Assembly: GCF_000020025.1 (NCBI RefSeq)
Contig: NC_010628.1
Span: 330,001 to 362,000 of the forward strand
Origin: Nostoc punctiforme PCC 73102
Lineage (GTDB): Bacteria > Cyanobacteriota > Cyanobacteriia > Cyanobacteriales > Nostocaceae
Reading direction: 5' to 3'
DNA: 32,000 nucleotides
The notes beneath the pieces are model-generated. The model saw only the letters and a program-made list of their open reading frames with translations. It was not told where the DNA came from and searched no databases. The position numbers and the translations under genes are program-made. Numbering within the stretch: position 1 is the first letter of the stretch; each line of letters opens with the position of its first letter. This document shows positions 1 through 6,814 of this stretch, piece after piece.

Positions 1-145
1 ATTTTTGCTTGATAAATAAACTCTAAAATTTATTTGTTAAAAATTATGAATTTTAAATCAACCTTTTAATGAATAAATCATAATGTTCAGTGATTTATAC
101 TTAGCAATATGCTTGTATATAAGCAGCAGTTAGAAATTTTTATAT

Positions 146-1051
146 ATGAATTACGATGCTTTCATTGTTCCACCAGGTTCAAAGATTTCTCTGAAAAAAA
201 ATTATGACCCAGCTTATAAAACTGATTTCGATCAAAAAGCTGATGCTGCAAACAAATTGCAGACAGATATTGAGCGATTAGCGAATTACCAAAATATTCT
301 CTATGCTCAAAACACATATTCCTTGCTGATTATTTTTCAGGCAATGGATGCTGCTGGTAAAGATAGCACAATTAAACACGTGACCTCTGGGGTGAATCCG
401 CAAGGTTTTCAGGTGTTTAGTTTCAAGGCCCCCAGTGCGGAAGAATTAGATCATGACTACCTGTGGCGAACAATGAAGGCTTTGCCAGAAAGAGGTCGAA
501 TTGGGATATTCAACCGCTCATATTATGAAGAGACGCTAGTTGTTCGCGTTCATCCAGAAATGTTGAGAAAGCAACAACTTCCTTATTTTCCTAATGGAAA
601 TAAGATATGGAAGCAACGCTTTGAAGAAATTAATAATTTTGAAAAATATTTAGTAGACAATGGTGTGATTGTTCTGAAGTTCTTTCTTAATGTTTCTAAA
701 TCTGAGCAGAAAAAACGCTTTTTAGAACGAATCGAATATCCCGAAAAAAATTGGAAGTTTTCAGATAGCGATGTCAAAGAAAGAGCTTTTTGGGATGATT
801 ATATGAATGCTTATGAAGAAGTTTTTAATAAAACTAGTACAAAATCTGCCCCTTGGTATATTATTCCTGCCGATCGCAAATGGTTTACACGTCTGGTAGT
901 CGCCAACATAATCTGCACAAAACTAGAAGAACTCAATCTGCAATACCCGATAGTTAGCGACGAACATAGACAACAACTTTTGGAGGCAAAACGCATTTTA
1001 GAGCAAGAAGATGAACAGACAAGCTTAACAGATAAAGGCAAAAAAAAGTAA
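146..1051 (+). CDS. ppk2: Polyphosphate kinase 2 (PPK2) family phosphotransferase
   Basis: 301-aa ORF with an ATG start. It has a PPK2-type P-loop 'AMDAAGKDSTIKH', a 'FNRSYYEE' segment and a 'IPADRKW' lid-like motif. The length is typical of single-domain PPK2. Confidence 0.85.
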   Translation: MNYDAFIVPPGSKISLKKNYDPAYKTDFDQKADAANKLQTDIERLANYQNILYAQNTYSLLIIFQAMDAAGKDSTIKHVTSGVNPQGFQVFSFKAPSAEELDHDYLWRTMKALPERGRIGIFNRSYYEETLVVRVHPEMLRKQQLPYFPNGNKIWKQRFEEINNFEKYLVDNGVIVLKFFLNVSKSEQKKRFLERIEYPEKNWKFSDSDVKERAFWDDYMNAYEEVFNKTSTKSAPWYIIPADRKWFTRLVVANIICTKLEELNLQYPIVSDEHRQQLLEAKRILEQEDEQTSLTDKGKKK

Positions 1052-1161
1052 ATTAGTTCAAATATACTGTATAATTTATGTAAAGCAAAGATGAGCAATC
1101 GTAAATTTATTAATGCTCTCTGTAACTAATAAGTTTGGTTGGTACTGACAGCCGAAAAATC

Positions 1162-1788
1162 ATGATTCAGATGGCAGAAGATGCCAAGAATAATCCACCC
1201 CACTTTACTAATGCTGGCTTTGATATTGTGGCGATCGCAGCGTCAGCAGGTGGTCTGACTGCTCAAATTAAAGTGCTATCGACTCTACCCGCAGAATTTC
1301 CAGCCGCGATCGCTATTGTGCAACACATTTCTCCTGAACATCCGTCATTCATGGCAGAAATTCTCAGTCGGCGCACGGATATTACCGTCAAGCAGGCACA
1401 GGAAGGAGATGACCTCAGTCCAGGAACGGCTTACATTGCTCCACCCAATCGGCACTTATTGGTTAACGATGACGGCACACTTTCCTTATCACAGTCGAAA
1501 TTAGTACATTTTTTACGTCCTTCGGCTGACTTATTATTTGAATCGGTTGCAGCCACTTACAAAGAAAGAGCGATCGCCATCGTGTTAACTGGAACGGGTA
1601 GCGACGGCGCGATGGGAGTAGAAGCAATCAAAAAAATGGGCGGTACTGTCATTGTCCAAGATTTAAAAACCGCCGAATTTTCCGGGATGCCCTCAGCTGC
1701 AATTCAAACAGGCAACGTAGATTTTATTCTCCCCCTAGATGAAATCTCCAGGGTTTTGGTGAGTTTAGTCATGGGAAAATGTAACTAA
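1162..1788 (+). CDS. CheB-type protein-glutamate methylesterase domain protein (no receiver domain)
   Basis: The ORF track starts at TTG 1135; the first ATGs are at 1162 and 1171. CheB catalytic contexts are present: 'AIAASAGGL', 'IVQHISPEH', 'RPSADLLFES', 'LTGTGSDGAMG'. No REC domain precedes them. Confidence 0.8.
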   Translation: MIQMAEDAKNNPPHFTNAGFDIVAIAASAGGLTAQIKVLSTLPAEFPAAIAIVQHISPEHPSFMAEILSRRTDITVKQAQEGDDLSPGTAYIAPPNRHLLVNDDGTLSLSQSKLVHFLRPSADLLFESVAATYKERAIAIVLTGTGSDGAMGVEAIKKMGGTVIVQDLKTAEFSGMPSAAIQTGNVDFILPLDEISRVLVSLVMGKCN

Positions 1789-1922
1789 GCTAAGAATTAG
1801 GGGGCAGAGGAAATATATTTTGAAAATTAATAAAGCTTAGAACTCCTTTAATGAGTCTTTGATACTCGTAGACAAGTATAAAAACTTTAATCTTATGCCC
1901 CCTATCCCCTACGCCCAACCTT

Positions 1923-3818
1923 ATGACTTCCGCAGACAGAGATCCCAAATTTGAAAATCTACTGATTTATCTCAGACAAAGCCGGGGATTTGATTTTACA
2001 GGCTATAAGCGCTCGACTTTGATGCGTCGAGTCTGCAAGCGGATGCAGTCATTGACTATAGAAAACTTTGAAGAGTATTTGGACTATCTAGAAGTTTATC
2101 CAGAAGAATTCAATTATCTTTTCAACACTATCTTAATTAACGTCACCGCTTTTTTTCGAGATTCATCAGCTTGGGAATACCTAGCAGAGAAAATACTGCC
2201 TAATCTGATTAGTAATAAAAAAACTTCTGACCAAATACGTATCTGGAGTGCTGGCTGTGCTTCTGGAGAAGAAGCTTACACTTTAGCAATGTTGATGGCT
2301 GAAATATTGGGAGCAGAGGAATTTCGCCAACGGGTGAAAATCTACGCCACTGATGTAGATGAAGAGGCTCTCAACCAAGCTCGTCAAGCTACGTATTCAG
2401 CAAAAGATGTCCAGGCAGTATCAGATGAACTGCGGCAGAAATACTTTGAGATTGTCGGTAATCGCTATGTCTTCCGTCAAGACTTGCGCCGCTCAGTGAT
2501 TTTTGGTCGTCACGATCTGCTTCAAGATGCGCCCATTTCGCGCTTAGATTTGCTGGTTAGTCGCAATACATTAATGTATTTTAATTCGGAGACTCAAGGG
2601 CGAATTCTAGCCCGATTTCATTTTGCACTTAACGATAATGGCTATCTATTTTTAGGGAAAGCAGAGATGCTATTGATGCATTCTAGTCTGTTTACCCCAA
2701 TAGATTTAAAAAACCGGATATTTAGTAAAGTATCGTCGGTAAGTATACGCGATCGCCTCTTAGTTATGGCAAATACAGTAGATGACGAATCTAGCAGCCG
2801 TGTGTCTCGACATTTGCGGCTGCGAGATATGGGTTTCGACACATCACCAATCGCTCAAATAGTCATTGATATCAATGGCACTCTGGTAATGGTGAATGAG
2901 CAGGCACGGACTTTGTTTGCCCTTTCTCCCAAAGATTTAGCTCGTCCTTTCCAGGATCTAGAACTTTCCTATCGACCGATTGAATTGCGATCGCTAATTG
3001 AACGGGCTTATACTGAACGCCGCCCAATTACCCTAACAAATGTAGAGCGCTATTTGTCTAACACAGAAACTCAATATCTGGATGTGCGAATTACGCCTTT
3101 GCAAGAAACAGATACCAGTTTTTTAGGTGTTAGCATCTCCTTTCATAATGTCACTCGTTATATTAAACTCCAAGATGCTCTGCAACGCTCGCAACAGGAA
3201 TTAGAAACTACCAACGAAGAACTCCAATCCACCAATGAAGAATTAGAAACTACCAACGAAGAACTCCAATCCACCAATGAAGAATTAGAAACTACCAACG
3301 AAGAACTCCAATCCACCAATGAAGAATTGGAGACGATGAATGAAGAACTCCAATCTACTAATGAAGAATTACAGACAATTAATAACGAACTAAGCCAGCG
3401 CACCACAGAACTTAATCACGCAAATATTTTCCTAATCTCTATTCTCAGAAGTCTGCAAACTGGAATAGTGGTAATTGACGGCAGCTTTAATATCTCAATT
3501 TGGAATTATATGGTAGAGGATTTATGGGGGCTGCGAACTGATGAAGTTCTAGGAAAGTCTATCTTCAGCCTAGATATTGGACTACCTGTTGAGCAGTTGC
3601 GATCGCCCATCCGCGATTCTTTGTCTGGTAAAAAACAATTTCAAGAAATGATCTTTGATGCTACTAATCGTCGAGGTAGGCAAATAAAATGTTACCTGGC
3701 AATCACCCCGTTGCTTGGTATGGATATACAGGGAGCAGTTTTGATGATGGCAGATGTAGAGAGAGTCCATAGTATGATTTCTAGTCAAGATATGGAGGAA
3801 CGGCGGCAACAGGAATAA
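1923..3818 (+). CDS. CheR-type SAM-dependent methyltransferase fused to PAS, coiled coil and PAS (no kinase module)
   Basis: 631 aa. CheR N-terminal helix region and SAM motif 'IRIWSAGCASGEEAYTLAM' and 'LVSRNTLMYF'. These are followed by a PAS-like segment, the 'EELQSTNEELETTNEEL' coiled coil typical of CheB/CheR-fusion sensors, and a second PAS-like segment. The ORF ends without HisKA/HATPase. Confidence 0.85.
   Translation: MTSADRDPKFENLLIYLRQSRGFDFTGYKRSTLMRRVCKRMQSLTIENFEEYLDYLEVYPEEFNYLFNTILINVTAFFRDSSAWEYLAEKILPNLISNKKTSDQIRIWSAGCASGEEAYTLAMLMAEILGAEEFRQRVKIYATDVDEEALNQARQATYSAKDVQAVSDELRQKYFEIVGNRYVFRQDLRRSVIFGRHDLLQDAPISRLDLLVSRNTLMYFNSETQGRILARFHFALNDNGYLFLGKAEMLLMHSSLFTPIDLKNRIFSKVSSVSIRDRLLVMANTVDDESSSRVSRHLRLRDMGFDTSPIAQIVIDINGTLVMVNEQARTLFALSPKDLARPFQDLELSYRPIELRSLIERAYTERRPITLTNVERYLSNTETQYLDVRITPLQETDTSFLGVSISFHNVTRYIKLQDALQRSQQELETTNEELQSTNEELETTNEELQSTNEELETTNEELQSTNEELETMNEELQSTNEELQTINNELSQRTTELNHANIFLISILRSLQTGIVVIDGSFNISIWNYMVEDLWGLRTDEVLGKSIFSLDIGLPVEQLRSPIRDSLSGKKQFQEMIFDATNRRGRQIKCYLAITPLLGMDIQGAVLMMADVERVHSMISSQDMEERRQQE
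3198..3392 (+). repeat. In-frame 42-bp tandem repeat inside the CheR-PAS gene
   Basis: Unit 'gaattagaaactaccaacgaagaactccaatccaccaatgaa' occurs at 3198-3239, 3240-3281 and 3282-3323, identical by eye. A diverged copy follows at 3324-3365, then a partial copy. It encodes (ELETTNEELQSTNE)n. Confidence 0.9.
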
Positions 3819-3981
3819 TTTACAGCAGTTTTCCTTTGCAAAAAGTACAAAGAAAGCTACAAATTTTGATGTAGTTATTGCTGGAGTTAGAAACTCTTTA
3901 TTTATAATTTTCAGCTTTGAATTTTGTACCTAATTTACTAGTCACACTGAAAAAATATAGAGAATTAGTACTATGGCAATC

Positions 3982-5064
3982 TCAGAATTTAGATTCAATT
4001 TTTTGGCTCAACCAATCGCAAAAACTAGCATGATAGAGACTATAATAGATTTCTGTTGCTATTGAATCTAAATGTAAAAATTCTCGCCACTCGTCTAAAA
4101 TTACCTTGATTTCATATTCATCTATATCTAATCTTTCTGCGATCGCTTCTATTGAAGTTGATTGCTCTTGAACTAAGATATTTAACACCAGTAAACCCAT
4201 TCTTTGCTGTTTACTGGTGACTAAGTTTATCTTGTCTAAATGAGTTTGGTAATAAATTTGTAAGTTTTCGGGATAAATATCCTCATTAATAGCTGCTAAG
4301 ATTTCACTAACATACATAAAGTTAGTCTCGCCATCATCAAAACCTTTCTCTGCCAATTTTAGCGAAACATCTTTTGTATTCTTATCTTCGCTAAATCTAC
4401 GTTCAGAATGAGATAATTTATTTAAATGATTTTTAATATATTCTTGGATATCAGCGCGATTTTTTTCTTGGTAATTTGATAAATCTAAATATTGGGCTGG
4501 AGTTTCAATTAACAAGCCTGATTTATCTGTCAGAAATGGACGACGAGCAAGGATAAAATAAACTTTTTCTGGCAGATAACGTGGTAAATAGAATATATTT
4601 GAGCCACGTGGTTGATTGTTGATATCAATCCTATCACAGCCATCAATTGTAATAATTAACCGTTGATCGGGATGCAATCTATCGCTGATTTTTTGTAGTA
4701 ATAATGATAAAAAGCCACTGCCTTCTGTGGTAAAATCAGGAAAGTTAGCTATAATATTTGTGCTACCTTGATTTTTGGCAATTTCTATTAATTGAGTGCA
4801 AATACTTGTAAAAAATTCTTCAACGTGATTTTTACCTGCAATTTCTACATTGTAATAGACAATACCAGAATTCTGGCTGACATAATGAGCAATAATGGCA
4901 CTTTTACCAATACCAGGATCGCCGATAATAGTAAAGTAGCCACGATCGTATTGATTGATAAAATTTTTAATAGCAGAAAAAACAAATTCACGACCGATGA
5001 AATTATGATTTTTGGCGTTGATAAATTGCTCAAATTCGGCAGTATATTTAGGGATATTATTCAT
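3982..5064 (-). CDS. Minimal STAND (NACHT-like) P-loop NTPase: NTPase plus winged-helix region only
   Basis: 360 aa. Walker A 'GDPGIGKSAI' (4900-4923), Walker B 'RLIITIDGCDRID', sensor-1-like 'YFILARRP', C-terminal 'YYSLYHASFCDWL' WH-type motif. It is collinear with the NTPase part of ORF 6815-8380. Its ATG lies 3 nt after the WD40 stop, with a GGAAGGGGG SD-like element. Confidence 0.75.
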   Translation of the reverse strand: MNNIPKYTAEFEQFINAKNHNFIGREFVFSAIKNFINQYDRGYFTIIGDPGIGKSAIIAHYVSQNSGIVYYNVEIAGKNHVEEFFTSICTQLIEIAKNQGSTNIIANFPDFTTEGSGFLSLLLQKISDRLHPDQRLIITIDGCDRIDINNQPRGSNIFYLPRYLPEKVYFILARRPFLTDKSGLLIETPAQYLDLSNYQEKNRADIQEYIKNHLNKLSHSERRFSEDKNTKDVSLKLAEKGFDDGETNFMYVSEILAAINEDIYPENLQIYYQTHLDKINLVTSKQQRMGLLVLNILVQEQSTSIEAIAERLDIDEYEIKVILDEWREFLHLDSIATEIYYSLYHASFCDWLSQKIESKF

Positions 5065-5067
5065 TTT

Positions 5068-6813
5068 TTAACCCCCTTCCAAATGCAGAAAATGGACCCG
5101 ACCTGAATGTTCCCCGATGAGAAATGTTAATCCATCTGGAGAAACTGTACAGCAATATATAGAACTTTCACCCGTAAAAGTAGAGATTACCTTCCCTGTC
5201 TCTAAATCCCACAGTTTCAGGGTGGTGTCAGTAGAACTAGAAACGGCTTTTTGACCATCTGGGGTGATGGCTACTGCTGTTACCGAATCTTTATGACCGC
5301 TTAGGGTAGAGATTGCCTTTTCTGTCTGCAAATCCCATAATTTCAAGGTGGTGTCAGCAGAACCAGAAACAGCTTTTTTTCCATCTGGAGTTATGGCTAC
5401 TGCTGTTACCGAATCTTTATGACCGCTTAGGGTAGAAATTGCCTTTCCCGTCTGCAAATCCCATAATTTCAAGGTGGTGTCAGCAGAACCAGAAACAGCT
5501 TTTTTTCCATCTGGAGTTATGGCTACTGCTGTTACCGAGTCTTTATGACCGCTTAGGGTAGAGATTACATTTCCTGTTTGCAAATCCCATAACTTCAAGG
5601 TGGTGTCAGCAGAACCAGAAACAGCTGTTTGTCTGTCTGGAATAATAGCTACTGCATTTACCGAGTCAGTATGACCTCTGAGGGTAGAGATTGCTTTTCC
5701 TGTCTCCAAATCCCACAGTTTTAGGTTGGTGTCACTTGAAGCAGAAACGGCTTTTTGACCATCTGGAGTAATGGCTACTGCATTTATCGAGTCTTTATGA
5801 CCTGTAAGTGTAGAGATTTGCCATCCCGTCTTCAAATTCCACAGTTTTAGGTTATTAGAAACAGAAACAGCTTTTTTTCCATCTGGGGTAATGGCTACTG
5901 CATTAACTAAACCTCTATGACCTCTCAAGGTAAAGGTTTCTCTTCTTGTCTCCACATTCCATAGTTTCAGAGTCCAAAGCTTTAGAGTCCACAGTTTCAG
6001 GGTGTTGTCACTAGAAGCAGAAACTGCTGTTTGACCATCTGGGGTAATGGCTACTGAATTTATTGAGTTGTTATGACCTGTGAGGGTAGAGATTTCCTTT
6101 CCCGTCTTCAAACTCCACAGTTTCAGGTTATTAGAAACAGAAATGATTGTTTGACCATCTGGGGTAATGGCTACTGCATTTACTGAGGCTTGATGACCGC
6201 TTAGGGTAAAGGTTTCCTTTCCCGTCTGTAAATCCCATACCTTTAGGGTGTTGTCATCAGAAGTAGAAACAGCTGTTTGACCATCTGAGGTTATGGCTAC
6301 TACATTTACCGAAGCTTTATGACCAGTCAGGGTACGTAGTAAGTTTCCTCCCGGAGTAGTTAAGGTGGCTGTGATGGGGTAAAAGCGAGGATTTTCACTT
6401 TTACTTTGAACTGCATCTACCAATATTTTCTGAATTTCTGGTTCAGGAAAACTTTGCAATCTACCCCATAATTGCCCTACTAATTGATTTGGATCTTGAT
6501 TTAAAATATGGGCTGATAACTGTAGGGTACGTTCAATTAATTTCAGGGTTTTGACTTGCCCATAATCTACTCTTTCGTCTTCCTCTAGCCTATCTAATAT
6601 CTCTGGATCATCAATCAAATAATAATCCCTAATTAGGGTTTCTACTCCAAATTGAGGATATTGGATTTTTAGAGAAATAAAATCAAAATCCGTGAGGGTT
6701 TCATAATATTTTTTTGAGTTACCTACTTTTAATTGTTGCTCAGGAAATTGACCTAAAAACAAATTTTGAAACTCTGCTGATTTTGAGGCTAATTTAGCGG
6801 CAATTCCCCCCAT
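5068..6813 (-). CDS. WD40-repeat protein (about 10 repeats) with an N-terminal helical linker domain, no NTPase
   Basis: 581 aa. About 155 aa are helical ('LQLSAHILNQDPNQLVGQLWGRLQ', as seen between the NACHT and WD40 parts of single-chain cyanobacterial NACHT-WD40 proteins). Then come 10 x ~42-aa 'GH..V.AVAITPDG..AVS.S.D.TLKLWDL.TG' repeats. AAGGAG (6824-6829) lies 10 nt upstream of the ATG. Confidence 0.9.
   Translation of the reverse strand: MGGIAAKLASKSAEFQNLFLGQFPEQQLKVGNSKKYYETLTDFDFISLKIQYPQFGVETLIRDYYLIDDPEILDRLEEDERVDYGQVKTLKLIERTLQLSAHILNQDPNQLVGQLWGRLQSFPEPEIQKILVDAVQSKSENPRFYPITATLTTPGGNLLRTLTGHKASVNVVAITSDGQTAVSTSDDNTLKVWDLQTGKETFTLSGHQASVNAVAITPDGQTIISVSNNLKLWSLKTGKEISTLTGHNNSINSVAITPDGQTAVSASSDNTLKLWTLKLWTLKLWNVETRRETFTLRGHRGLVNAVAITPDGKKAVSVSNNLKLWNLKTGWQISTLTGHKDSINAVAITPDGQKAVSASSDTNLKLWDLETGKAISTLRGHTDSVNAVAIIPDRQTAVSGSADTTLKLWDLQTGNVISTLSGHKDSVTAVAITPDGKKAVSGSADTTLKLWDLQTGKAISTLSGHKDSVTAVAITPDGKKAVSGSADTTLKLWDLQTEKAISTLSGHKDSVTAVAITPDGQKAVSSSTDTTLKLWDLETGKVISTFTGESSIYCCTVSPDGLTFLIGEHSGRVHFLHLEGG
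5071..6345 (-). repeat. 126-bp (42-codon) WD40 tandem repeat array with near-identical internal copies
   Basis: 126-nt periodicity is visible in the DNA. Copies 5270-5395 and 5396-5521 differ at 3 positions in my manual alignment. Copy 5522-5647 is slightly more diverged. Confidence 0.9.
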
Positions 6814-6814
6814 T

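Noticed and set aside
1799-1905. 9-bp inverted repeat (tagggggca / tgcccccta) spanning the cheB-cheR spacer
   Set aside because: The arms are short and about 90 nt apart. A chance occurrence is plausible and I saw no supporting structure.
3158-3406. 82-aa minus-strand ORF 'SSLVDWSSS...' inside the CheR-PAS gene
   Set aside because: It is a mirror image of the 42-bp tandem repeat on the coding strand. It stays open only because the repeat lacks stops in that frame.
5071-6345. Regular 126-bp periodic repeats that could superficially resemble a CRISPR-like array
   Set aside because: The repeats are contiguous, with no unique spacers. They are in frame and encode canonical WD40 blades inside a long ORF. 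There are no cas genes in the window. The STRR heptamer blocks are likewise too short and have no spacers.
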